The notes under the pieces are model-generated. The model was not told the origin of the DNA, made no database searches, and saw only the letters and a list, made by a program, of their open reading frames with translations. Positions 11,045 to 21,894 of a stretch of 40,797 nucleotides of DNA are shown here, piece by piece. The first letter of the stretch is position 1. Each line of letters starts with the position of its first letter. Both the position numbers and the translations under genes were made by a program. Source of the stretch: Chiloscyllium plagiosum (Eukaryota); NCBI RefSeq assembly GCF_004010195.1, contig NC_057753.1, positions 9,906,211 through 9,947,007 on the forward strand. Reading direction: 5' to 3'.

Positions 11045-11517
11045 GTTAGAATACAGAAATGGCTCGATACAATAAGGAAGTATTAGTCGCTATGACCGCT
11101 AGACTACAGAAGTAGCACAATAAGATAAGGAAATGTTAACCACACTGGCTGGCTCTCGGTGCAGGTGCAGTGGCACTGTATCACAAGACAAAAGTCACCT
11201 AACCATTATGACCTAAGTTGTTTAGCAGTTAATATAATTGGATCAAGTAACTAAATAGAGTGATATCATATATTGATTGGTAATTGTCTGAATATACGAT
11301 GTGATTATGACCTATGTTCTCATTTAAGAAAAGTGTACAAGTGTCTCTGTATTAAGCCATATGTGTGCAGTTGCTCTGAGGAATTTAGAAGTGCATAACT
11401 TCTGTGTTTCTCTGCGCTCTGCACCCGGCTGCATGAAGAAATAAAGAGTGAAGTCTAAAACAGCCAGACTGAATTTGAGGGTTCATTGACCAATTGCGGA
11501 ACTGAGACACCCCACCA
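11045..11517 (+). mobile_element. LTR-like element, opposite orientation to the ERV; 5' end uncertain
   Basis: AATAAA near 11440; 3' part resembles the 7984-8522 LTR (GAGGA..CATA.CTTCTG..AATAAA..ATTGACCAAT); inverted paralog at 40440-40797. Confidence 0.55.
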
Positions 11518-11681
11518 GGGGTCCAGATCTTCACTTGCAAATTCAGATATGTGTCTTAACTACCTGGGTGAGAAGGTATGGAAGGATATAGATTGGGAAG
11601 GGGATGGGGTAGATTTCTGTTTTTATTTTATCTTTTCTATCCTGGACTGACAGTGATGACCTTTGTAATCTCTTTTCACAG

Positions 11682-12095
11682 AGTACGGGGAAGAAGCCCT
11701 TCAGCTGCCCCGAATGCGGGAAGGCTTTCAGCGATTCCTCCTCCCTGTTGAAGCATCAGCGGGCCCACATGGGGGAGAGGCCTTTCAGCTCCCAGAGTGT
11801 AGGAAGGCCTTCAGCGTTTCATCCTCCCTGCTGATGCATCAGCAGGCACACACGGGGGAGAGGCCGTTCACTTGCTCAGAGTGTGAGAGGGGGTTCAGTC
11901 AGATGAGCCAACTGAAAACACAAGCAGCTCCACTCGGGGGTGGTTCAGGTGTCCCGAGTGCGGGAAGGTGTTCACTTGCTCGGTTAAGCAGCTGACCCAC
12001 AAACGGATCCACACAGGGGAGTGGTCATTTACCAGCTTTCAGTTTGAGAAGGCCTCATACGCTACTCCCACGTGTAGAGGCTCCAGTTCACATAG
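11682..12095 (+). pseudogene. C2H2 zinc-finger pseudogene A
   Basis: Acceptor TTTTCACAG|A at 11681, then [24 protein letters not shown] and [16 protein letters not shown] with frameshifts and stops; ATG region deleted. Confidence 0.85.
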
Positions 12096-12104
12096 GGTCA
12101 AGTG

Positions 12105-12298
12105 TTGTGCAGGTTAGGGTGGATTGGCCATGCTAAATTACCCATAGTGCACAGGAATGTGCAAGTTAGGTGTATTAGTCAGGGGTAAATGTAGAGCACT
12201 AGGGGTAGGGGAATAGGTGTGGGTGGGTAACCCTTCGGAAGGTCAGTGTGGACTCGTTAGGCCGAATGGCATTGCTCCACACTGTGGGGATTCTCTGA
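12105..12298 (+). mobile_element. HE1-like SINE 3' half
   Basis: GTGCAGGTTAGGGTGGATTGGCCATGCTAAATT...GGCCGAATGGC tail. Confidence 0.8.
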
Positions 12299-12299
12299 A

Positions 12300-12545
12300 G
12301 GTAAAGGATTTTTGGAAACTGTACAGGGCAGTGCAGGCCAGGCCAGGCCAGTGGCCGCTGGCCGTTCGGAGCAAGCGCAGTCCGGCAGCATGTTTTGGGC
12401 CTCGCTCCATTGATGACGTCACAATGTGGAAGTGTCCCTGTCAAGTTTGAGTGGAACTGCCTCCCTCTGGGCAACTCTTCATCCTGGGAGGGAGAGGGTC
12501 GGACCAGGGGGAGGAAGCGAAATCAATTTTTATTTAAGGTGGGTG
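12300..12545 (+). promoter_or_regulatory. ZNF-cassette promoter, copy 2
   Basis: CpG-rich, CRE TGACGTCA 12414-12421, shared CCTCCCTCTGGGCAACTCTTCATCCTGGGAGGG. Confidence 0.55.
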
Positions 12546-13094
12546 GGTGAACTAGTCGGCATATGTTTTGGATGAGAGGGGAAAGATTATACCGAGACCC
12601 TCAGGGGCAACCTTTTCACACAATGAAGGAAAAGCTCTGCCTTTAAATTACATTCTTGAGATTTGATATTTAAAAGGAGTTCTGGGATTAACTTTCCTAA
12701 GAACAGAAACCCATTCTAAAAGATGAAAGATTTAATCTAAAATTGTTCAAGGTATGACATCTCCATGTCTCTGAAAACCCCATGTCTCTCTGTTTTACAA
12801 CACAACCCAGGGCCCTACCATGAACTGTACAAGTCCTGCCCTTCCTTGCTTTAGCAAAATGCAATCCCTCAATTTTATCCATACCCCTCTCATACACATG
12901 CTCTCTCTCAGACGCACACACTTACGCACACTCTCATGCACATGCGCATACATACAGATCTATGGGGTGAATTTGTTTTGGCAGAATATTTGCAGATACA
13001 TTTAATTTTGTTCAAAGAACGCACAATCTGCTGGCAGTCAATCCATGTAATACTTTATTAATTCCTATATTGGAAATAGAATCAGTTTGATTCA

Positions 13095-15350
13095 TTATGG
13101 GGGACTGTAACTTCCCCAACATTGACTGAAAATGCTTTCACTCTAGTATGTTGTATGGATCAGTTTTTGTCCAATGTGTGCAGTAGGGTTTTCTGACAGT
13201 GTGTTGAAGAGCCGACAAGAGGGGAGGCCACACTGGATCTGGCCAGGTGTTTGATTTAGTGGTAGGGGAGCACTTTGGAGAGAATGACCATAATTCAGTT
13301 ACGTTTAGTTTATCGATGGAAAGGGATAGGAACATGCCGCGGGACAAGAATTATCGATGGGGCAAGGGCAATTATAATGCGATTAGGCAAGACTTAGGAT
13401 GCATAGAATGGGGTAGCAAAATGCAGGGGATGGGGACAATTGAAATGTGGAGCTGGTCCAAGGAACAGATATGGCATGTCCTTGATTGGATGTCACTGTC
13501 AGGCAGGGAGGAAGTGATAAGGTAAGGGAATCGTGGTTTACTCCAGAAATTGCATCTCTTGTTAAGTAGAAGAAGGAGATTTATATGACAATGAGACGAG
13601 ATGGTTCAGATAAGGTGATGAAGAGTTACAGATTAGCTAGGAAGGATTTAAAGAGAGAGTTAAGAGGAGCAAAGAGAGGACATGAGCAGTCTTTAGAAGA
13701 TAGGATAAAGGAGAACCCTAAAGCTTTCTATACGTATGTGAGGAATAAGAGGATGACTAAGTAGGAATAGGGCCAGTCAAAGACAGAATTGGGAAATTGT
13801 GTGTGGACCCTGTGGAGATTGGAGAGGTGTTAACGAATATTTCTCATCGGTCTTCACTCAGGAAAAGGACAATATTGTACAGGAGAAGAATGAGATACGA
13901 GATATTAGACCAGAAATGATCGAAGGTTAGTATGGAGGAGGTGCTATCAATTCTAAAGGAGTGAAAGTAGATAAGTCCCCTGGGCTGGATGGGATTTATC
14001 TGAGGATTCTCTGGAAAGCATGGGAGGAGATGGCAGGACCTTTAGCTTTTATCTTTGACTCATCATTGTCTACAGGTTTAGTACCAGAGGAGTGGAGGTG
14101 TGCAAATGTTGTACCCTTGTTCAAGAAGGGCAGTAGAGATTATAGACCAGTGAGCCTTATGTCTGTTGTAGGGAAACTTTTGGAAAGATTATAAGAGAGA
14201 GGATTTATAATCATCTAGCAAGCAACAAATTGATTTCAGATAGTCAAAATGGTTTTGTCAAAGGCAGGTCATTTCTCACAGACCTCATTGAGTTTTTTGA
14301 GAAGGTGACCAAGCATGCGGATGAGGTTATGACAGTTAACATGGTATACATGGACATCCGTAAAGCCTTTGATTAGGTTCCATGTGGTAGCCTGTTGGAG
14401 AAAATGCAGAGGCTTGGGATTGGGGGTGATTTAGCAGTTTGGATTAGAAACTGGCTTTCTGAAAGAAGGCAGCGAGTGTTGCTTGATGGAAAATATTCAG
14501 CCTGGCGTCTGGTTACTAGTGGTGTGCCACAAAGATCTGTTTTGTGACCAATGCTGTTTGTCATTTTTATAAATGACTTAGATGTGGACATAGGTGGATG
14601 GGTTAGTAAGTTTGCAGTTGGCACTAAAGTTGGTGGAGTAGTGAACAGTGTGAAAGAATGTTACAGGTTGCAGGGGGACTTGAATAAACTGCAGAATTGG
14701 GCTGAGAAGTGGCAAATGGAGTTGAATGCAGCTAAATGTGAGGTGATTCACTTTAGGAAGAATAACAGGAAGGCAGAATACCGGGTCAACGGAAAGGTTC
14801 TTGATAGTGTGAATCTTGGAGTCCATGTACATAAATCCCTGAAGGTTGCCACCCAGGTTGATAGTGCTGTTAAGAAGGCATATGGTGTGCTAGGTTTTAT
14901 TGGTAGAGGGATTGAGCTCCAGAGCCGTAACGTCATGCTGCAACTATACAAAACGCTAGTGTGGCTGCACTTGGAATATTTTGTAATGTTCTGGTTGCCC
15001 CATTACAGGATCTGGAAGCATTGGAAAAGGTACAGAGGAAATTTATCAGGATGTTGACTGGACAGGAGCGAAGGTCTTTAAGACTGAGACACTTGGGTCT
15101 GTTCTCATTGGAAAGAAGCTGAAAATGTGTTGCTGGAAGGGCTTATGCCCGAAACGTAGATTCTCCTGTTCCCTGGATGCTGCCTGACCTGCTGCGCTGT
15201 TCCAGCATCACATTTTCAGCTCTGATCTCCAGCATCTGCAGACGTCACTTTCTCCTCATTGGAAAGAAGGCAGTTAAGAAGGGATTGATAGAGACAAACA
15301 AGATAATCAGAGGATTAGATAGCGTGGACAAATGAAAGTCTTTGAGGGGT
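13095..15350 (+). mobile_element. Long degenerate CR1 LINE ORF2 (endonuclease end through RT)
   Basis: GEHFGENDHNSVTF, KSPGLDGIY, ANVVPLFKKG..YRPVSL, IFINDLD..SKFA; many disruptions. Confidence 0.92.
15117..15256 (+). mobile_element. Short Penelope-derived insertion with inverted 5' tail and TSD
   Basis: AGCTGAAAATGTGTTGCTGGAA inverted against TTCCAGCATCACATTTTCAGCT; flanked by duplicated CTCATTGGAAAGAAG (15104-15118, 15255-15269). Confidence 0.8.
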
Positions 15351-15369
15351 GATAGATGTAAGAAGTGCG

Positions 15370-16430
15370 GTAAAGAGAAGCCAGGGACCTATAGATCGGT
15401 GAGCCTGACCTCAGTGGTGGGCAAGTTGTTGGAGGGAATCCTGAGGGAAAGGAGGTACATGTATTTGGAAAGGTAAGGACTGATTCACAATAGTCAACAT
15501 GGCTTTGTGCATGGGAAATCATGTCTCACAAACTTGATTGAGTTTTTTGAAGATGTAACAAAGAAGATTGATGAGGCCAGAGCAGTAGATGTGATTTATA
15601 TGGACTTCAGTAAGGCGTTTGACAAGGTTCCCCATGGGAGACTGATTAGCAAGGTTAGATCTCATGGACTACAGAGAGAACTAGCCATTTGGATACAGAA
15701 CTGGCTCAAAGGTAGAAGACAGAGGATGGTGGTGGAGGGTTGTTTTTCAGACTGGAGGCCTGTGATCAGTGGAGTGCCACANNNNNNNNNNNNNNNNNNN
15801 NNNNNNNNNNNNNNNNNNNNNNNNNNNNNNNNNNNNNNNNNNNNNNNNNNNNNNNNNNNNNNNNNNNNNNNNNNNNNNNNNNNNNNNNNNNNNNNNNNNN
15901 NNNNNNNNNNNNNNNNNNNNNNNNNNNNNNNNNNNNNNNNNNNNNNNNNNNNNNNNNNNNNNNNNNNNNNNNNNNNNNNNNNNNNNNNNNNNNNNNNNNN
16001 NNNNNNNNNNNNNNNNNNNNNNNNNNNNNNNNNNNNNNNNNNNNGCTGTTTTCTCTGGAGCGTCAGAGGCTGAGGGGTGACCTTGTAGAGGTTTACAAAA
16101 TTATGAGGGGCATGGATAGGATAAATAGACAAAGTCTTTTCCCTGGGGTCGGGGAGTCCAGAACTAGAGGGCATAGGTCTCTTTTATATCTTTTCCCTCT
16201 CACCCTAAACCTAAGGGGCAACTTTTTCACGCAGAGGGTGGTAAGTGTATGGAATGAGCTGCCAGAGGATGTGGTGGAAGCTGGTACAATTGCAACATTT
16301 AAGAGGCATCTGGATGGGTATATGAATAGGAAGGGTTTGGAGGGATGTGGGCTGGGTGCTGGCAGGTAGGACTAGATTGGGTTGGGATATCTGGGTCTGT
16401 TTCCATGCTGTACATCTCTATGACTCTATC
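15370..16430 (+). mobile_element. CR1/HER1-like LINE (RT to tail, spans an N gap)
   Basis: GKSCLTNLIEFFE..VDVIYMDFSKAFDKVPH and 3' tail. Confidence 0.93.
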
Positions 16431-16775
16431 TATTGGTTTTGAAACTTCCATCTTCAGATCTTCAAATAATCAGTAAAAAGAGATCAAAAGGCATCACTGT
16501 CAGTGCAGGGTAGAAATTCAGAACAAGCAAATCTATTTTCTGTGGAAAATTTTCTTTTGTCATTTCACAAAATTGAAAGCACCATCCCACTTTCTCTCCC
16601 TCTGCTCTAACTAATTCTTACAGGGACAGAAAAGCAAACATGTCAAGAATGACATCTCTGCATTTTTGATAACTCCACCTGAAAGTTAATATCTTTCACA
16701 ACATTGGGATACTGCTGAGTGAGCAGGTCTGATTTTGGGAAGCAAAAAAAACCCAATGAATTTGCAACAACCCTT
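16431..16775 (-). pseudogene. Orphan ZNF-cassette intron and small non-coding exon (16678-16622); finger exon missing
   Basis: Paralog of 21360-21720 and the reverse complement of 34050-34425; TTTCAG|GTGGAG acceptor and GTAAG donor. Confidence 0.7.
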
Positions 16776-16777
16776 TC

Positions 16778-16965
16778 CCTTCAGAGAATCGCCACAGTAT
16801 GGAAGCAGGCCACTCGACCCAACGAGTCCACACCGACCCTCCGAAGGGTAACCCCCCCACACCCATTGCCCTACCCCTATTGCTCCACATTTCCCTCTAA
16901 CTAAAGCACCTAACCTGTACATCCCTGGGCACTGTGGATAAGTTAGCACTGTCAATCCATCCCAA
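16778..16965 (-). mobile_element. HE1-like SINE 3' half
   Basis: Reverse complement of the SINE tail seen at 5491-5600. Confidence 0.75.
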
Positions 16966-16969
16966 TCCG

Positions 16970-17440
16970 GACTAAGTTAAAAATCACACAACACCAGGTT
17001 AGAGTCCAACAAATTTATTTGGAAGGAGCAGCATTCGGAGCACTTCTTCATCAGGTGTTGTGGAGAATAAGATCAGAAGGCACAGAAATCTTGGAAAAAC
17101 AGTAGTGTCCTGCCACTGAATCGATATATTGAACAAACCTGGATGGGTTGCAATTAGCATTAGTATGTAAATCTGAGAAATTCTTGTTGGTCACCTTCTC
17201 GAGATAACTTAAGGTTTTATTGCAAAAGGTGACATCTCAGTTCAGGCAATGCATTAAAGGTGTACGGTCAGGTCAAATTCTGTCTGTATCCCAATCTTGA
17301 GTCAGACTGTTTCTGTATCCACTGTGGAATCTACAAAATATTACATGGATTATCTGCCTGCATTTTTTGAGTAAAATAGAATGTAATTGCAAATATAATT
17401 CTGCAAATTCAAATTCACCCCCATGGACTTGTGTGTATGT
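16970..17440 (-). mobile_element. Penelope-derived pLTR/UTR fragment
   Basis: AAAATCACACAACACCAGGTT..CTTCATCAGGTG; reverse complement of the 4612-5056 family. Confidence 0.7.
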
Positions 17441-17605
17441 GCATGAGAGGAAAAAAAAGTATATTTCTGTGCTGTATATTAAAAGACAGTGAGGGTAAAA
17501 AGCACAAGCCCCAGTAAAAGCAGATGGAAAGTGAGTGTAAAATTTCAATATGACAGGACAGGCCCCACATTCCTTCCCCTCCGTCCCCCCCACAACCTGC
17601 CTCAC

Positions 17606-17858
17606 CTTTCACCTCCCGGGCCCAGTACCTTCCAGGTGGCCCCATAGTTGACACAGGGGCCGCCCCACGACCAGTAGAACTCCACCACCCAGGCGGCCGA
17701 CGAGTTCCCAAGCAGGCCCTTAACCCCGTCCGCCTTCAAAATGGTCACCGGCTCCTGTACAGGCGGCCGGTGTGGCCGTGACACAGCAGTTGCGCCAGGA
17801 AGGCGGCGGTGAGGGGTGTTTGCCCCGGCCGCACGGCGCCGCTTCCCCGCACGAGCAA
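17606..17858 (-). pseudogene. QSOX2: Isolated QSOX-family (QSOX2-like) exon 1: signal peptide and start of the thioredoxin domain, disabled
   Basis: ..AAFLAQLLCHGHTGRLY/EPVTILKADGVKGLLGNSSAAWVVEFYWSWGGPCVNYGATWKVL/AREVK then G|GTGAGG donor. Resembles recalled QSOX2 ARLY..[33 protein letters not shown]. Two frameshifts, WCGHC>WGGPC, no ATG. Confidence 0.8.
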
Positions 17859-17960
17859 CTTCTCCTCACAACCACCTCAACGCCACGTGACGTCAGTTCG
17901 GGGGGGGGGGGGGGAGATGGGCGGGGCCGGGGGAGCCTCACCGTCACCAAACAACAGCCA
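17859..17960 (-). promoter_or_regulatory. CpG promoter of the QSOX-like exon
   Basis: GCCACGTGACGTCA (17882-17895; overlapping CRE and CCACGT/E-box), GC box GGGCGGGG 17919-17926. Confidence 0.6.
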
Positions 17961-18409
17961 CCTCGCGCTACAACTGCTCATTCACAAAAACAAACTGTCT
18001 TGTTTCGCTCCACAACTGCAGGGGGGACTCTGCCACGTTTCGAGGAGCCCTGTCCGCATTGTGAAAACTCACAGCTCAATTTAGAGATATTCCTTTAAAC
18101 TGTCATCTCCAAATGGGGAAATTAGCATCTTAAAAGGGATTTTAATGGACATTTTAATGGGCTATTACTACAAAGAGATTTAAATGGACAAGATAGATTA
18201 TATTTCAAAGGGATGTGGGCACATTCAAAGGTGTATCTTAATATCTAAATAAATGTACATTTCGAAGAGATGCTACCCTATTTACAAACAGAAATATCCC
18301 TTTGAGACAAGAGGTGTGAATTATGTCTGTATCCCAATGTTGAGTCAGACTGACATTTTTCTTAGAAAAGTTCTGCATTTAAATTACATTGTTGAGAAGT
18401 TAATTGATA

Positions 18410-18625
18410 GATTAGGGTGGATTGGCTGTACTAAATAACCCAGAGTGCCCAGGGATGCACAAGTTCGGGTGGGTTGGCTGTGCTAAATTACCCACAGTGT
18501 CCAGGAATGTGCAGATAAGGGTGGATTGGCTATGGGAAATATGGAGTAAAGGGGTGTGTATGAGTGGGAAGCTCTTCGGAGGGCCAGAGTGGAACAGATG
18601 GGCTAATGGCCTACTTCCACATTGG
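18410..18625 (+). mobile_element. HE1-like SINE 3' part
   Basis: Repeated GTGGATTGGCT..GCTAAATT..CCCAGGGATG units and tail. Confidence 0.7.
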
Positions 18626-18829
18626 CTGGATTCCCCCACAAAGGAGCATTTTATCCGCATCTATCCTGTCAAGCCCCTTTCAGAATAATGCTTGTTTATA
18701 AGATCAGTTCTGGTTCCTAGAGGTATACAGCACAGAAACAAACCATTCGGTCCAACTCGTCCATGCCGACCAGGATTTCCAAACTAATAAAGCCTTAAGT
18801 CTTCTCAAAAATGTGATTCAGAATATGTA

Positions 18830-19110
18830 AATATTAAGATTTACATATTAATGAACTGAATCTGCAGCCCATTCTAAAAGATGAAAGACTTAACAGTGCT
18901 CTAGGTTTGTTCAATATATCCTATCAGTTGCATGACACTGTGATCTTTGCTATAGAATCAGTGTCTTATGATCCTGCTCCACAGATTCCTGAAAAAGAAG
19001 CAGCACTTAGAAAGCTAGTGCTTCCAAATAAACCTGTTGGACGATAACCTGGTGTTGTGTGATTTTTAACTTTGTCAACCCCAGTCCAACACTGGCACCT
19101 CTGCATCATC
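18830..19110 (+). mobile_element. Penelope-derived pLTR fragment
   Basis: GAAAGCTAGTGCTTCCAAATAAACCTGTTGGAC..AACCTGGTGTTGTGTGATTTTTAAC. Confidence 0.75.
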
Positions 19111-19659
19111 TCTAGTGAACATAGCCCACACCTCCCGGTGCTGCCATTAACCTTTACAATGCAGATGAAACGACACAGTCTGCACTCCTGAAAAATTTAC
19201 AATGTCTAACGATACGAGCTACTCATTCACTGCTCCTTCTGATACACGACATTGGAAACTTAGTGCAGGAGGCTGAAAGAAATGAGCAGCTTTAAAACAA
19301 AAACCTCTTGGAGTTCAAAGCCTTCAGTGAGAGCCTGAGTCCAGCAGAAAGTTCAGGTAACCTTTATTGTGAACCAACTTTGTTAGAGCTTCCGATCCCC
19401 CCACCAAAGAGGCACACAAAAAGTAGCTGGTTTTTAAACAGCTGAAGGTCAAAGTGCACACGCTTCCCCACCATCTCACTTTCTTTACTATTGGTTAGCA
19501 CTGACTTGTTCTGTTGTAAATGGATCCTTGGTACAGCCTTAACCCGGAGGAAGTATTGCCTCACTCAGCAATTTCAACCCATACCCTGTATCCAAGTAAG
19601 TTTCTCCCCACTCATTTGCCAGGGGTGGGGGCAGGATGGTTTGGCAGGGGGGTGGGAAA

Positions 19660-19960
19660 GACAGTATAGAGTCAACCACACTGCTGTGGGTCTGGAGTCA
19701 CATGTAGGCCAGACAGGGTAAAGGATGCAGCTGGGATGACTGAGAATCCTTTGCCACAACTGCATTTTCCTTTCCTAAAAAGGATGTGAGTGAATCAGAT
19801 GGGGTTTTTTGCCCCTGCCACACCACCAAAAATGGTTTCACTGTTAAGATTCTGAACTCCCGATTTCTGACTGAATTCTATTTCCACCATATGCCACAGC
19901 AGGATTCAAACCCGGTCGTCGCTGGAACTGGGTTGATATCCAGTTGATATTGGCACTCTG
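19660..19960 (-). mobile_element. Deu-domain (SacSINE1-like) SINE remnant in the ZNF 3'UTR
   Basis: Reverse strand GGGTTTGAATCC..TGGCATATGGTGGAA and TCTGGCCTACATGTGACTCCAGACCCACAGC; paralog at 35430-35685 (+). Confidence 0.6.
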
Positions 19961-19971
19961 CCCTCACTCCT

Positions 19972-20993
19972 TCAATCCCGTTGCAGTGGTACATGAACTC
20001 GCTGGTGCCTCCGCAGGTTGGAGAGCGGGTGAAGCCCTTCCTGCATTCAGGGCAGCTGAAGGGCCTCTCCCCAGTGTGGATCTGCCAGTGCATCAACAGG
20101 TTGGATGCCTGGGTAAAGCCCCTCCCACATTCTGGACAGCTGTAGGGCCTCTGCCCCGTGTGGACCCGCCGGTGGGGAAGTAGGTGGGAGGCCCGGGTAA
20201 AGCCCTTCCTGCACTTGGGGCACTGAAAGGCCTCTTCCCCCGTATGGACCTGTTGGTGCCTCAGTAGTACGGAGGAATTGCTGCTCCACCAGTCAATCAT
20301 GAACTCACTGGTGCCTCCGCAGATGGGAGGAGCGGGTGAAGGCCTTCCCACACTTGGGCAGCTGAAGGCTCTCTCCCCAGTATGGACCTGCCGGTGCTTC
20401 ACCAGGGCAGAGGAATTTCTGAAGGCGTACCCACATTTGGAACAGCTAACAGGCCTCTCCCCCCGTGTGGACATGCTGGTGCTTCAGCAAGTCAGAAAAA
20501 TAGTTGAAGGCCTTCCCGCACTCAGGGCAACTGAAGGGCTTCTCCCCAGTATGGATCCGCCGTTGCGTGCGCAGGTTGCTCACCTGACTGAATCCCTTCC
20601 CACACTCGGGGCACAAGAATGGCATTTCTTCAGTGTGGATCTGCCGGTGGGTCAGCAGGATGGATGCCTGGGTAAAACACTTCCCACACACGGGGCAGCT
20701 GAAGAGCCTCTCCCCTGTGTGGACTCGCCGGTGCTTCAGCAGAATGGAGGAATTGCTGAAGATCTTCCTGCACTCAGTGCAGGGGATCGGTCTCTCCCCT
20801 GTGTGGACCTGCTGGTGGGTCTGCAGGGCGGATGAATTGCTGAAGGCCTTCCCGCACACAGGGCAGGAGAACGGCCTCTCCCCGGTGTGACTGCGCAATG
20901 AATCTCCAGGGCAGACTGAGCACAGAAGCCTTTTCCACAGTTGCCACACTTCCACGGTTTCTCCACAGGGCGGGATTCCTCAGGTTTCTCCAT
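19972..20993 (-). pseudogene. C2H2 zinc-finger pseudogene B (about 11-12 fingers, no KRAB)
   Basis: MEKPEESRPVEKPWKCGNCGKGF then tandem [14 protein letters not shown] fingers split over several frames; acceptor at 21399-21400, upstream exon 21649-21592, AATAAA 19368-19363. Confidence 0.9.
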
Positions 20994-21894
20994 GGCTGTA
21001 GATTCAGCCGCACACAACGTGTAGAGCCCCTCCACATCGTGAATTCCTCTTTCCAGCCTGTATAACTGTTTCAGGCTCCACACTCAGTACACTGCAACAG
21101 TAGGGTCTCTCATCCAGTCCCACTGATGCTGAAAATGTATTCAAACAGGAACCAAAAAGCTTTGCTCCTTCTCACAGAATCATATTTGAAAATTGTTGCG
21201 GTCCTGATGGATTGAGTGACTGTCAGACGTTGACGTCAAAATGAGGACTCCAGGCACTGCAGAGTCAGAGTCGAGAAATGTGGCACTGGAAAAGCACGGT
21301 AGGTCAGGTAGCATCCAAGGAGCAGAAGATTCAATGTTTCGGGCATAAGTCCCTCATCTGTTGATTTTGAAACTTCTGTCTTCAGATCGTCAAATACTCT
21401 GTAAAGAGAGATTACAAACGTCATCACTGTCAGTCCAGGGTAGAAATTCAGAACAAACAATTCCACTTTCTGTGGAATATTCTTTTCTTTTGTTATTCCA
21501 CAAAATTGAAAGCACCATCCCACTCTCTCACCCCCTCTGTTCTCACTCCGCTCTAACTAATTTTCCTGAAGGTGCTGATTCAGGATCTTACAGGGCAGGA
21601 AAGTAAAAACGTCTAGAATGACGTCCCTCTGAATTTTGGATAACTCCACCTGAAAGTTAATATCTTTCACAACACAGTGATACTGCTGAGAGTGAGCGGG
21701 TCTGATTTTGGGAAGCAAAAGAAAAGGGTGCGTCAATGCAATGCAGTTTCTTGAGGAACAACCAGAAATGAAATGGTTAACGTCCCCAGGGAAAAATGGG
21801 GGCAGGGGGAATGAGGTGGAGACACCAAGGCATTTACACCAACACTAGAGAGAAACTAAACATACAGACGTGACAAACATTGTTGGAAAGCCAG

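Noticed and set aside
17900..17914. Poly-G/C runs as G-quadruplex elements (also 25835-25900, 37848-37858)
   Set aside because: Simple homopolymers, not conserved among paralogs and error-prone in sequencing
16970..19110. Penelope fragments in inverted orientation around the QSOX exon as a capturing composite transposon
   Set aside because: These repeats are abundant throughout the window, no TSD is visible, and other repeats intervene
20278..20835. 185-aa + strand ORF and similar antisense ORFs over ZNF, CR1 and Tx1
   Set aside because: Shadow ORFs of repetitive coding sequence on the opposite strand
19972..20993. ZNF B as an intact gene
   Set aside because: At least three frame changes and an internal rearrangement near 20290; draft errors cannot be fully excluded
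21592..21649. Small upstream exon as a KRAB or other effector-domain exon
   Set aside because: Length varies among copies (47-58 nt) with no conserved reading frame or ATG, so it looks non-coding
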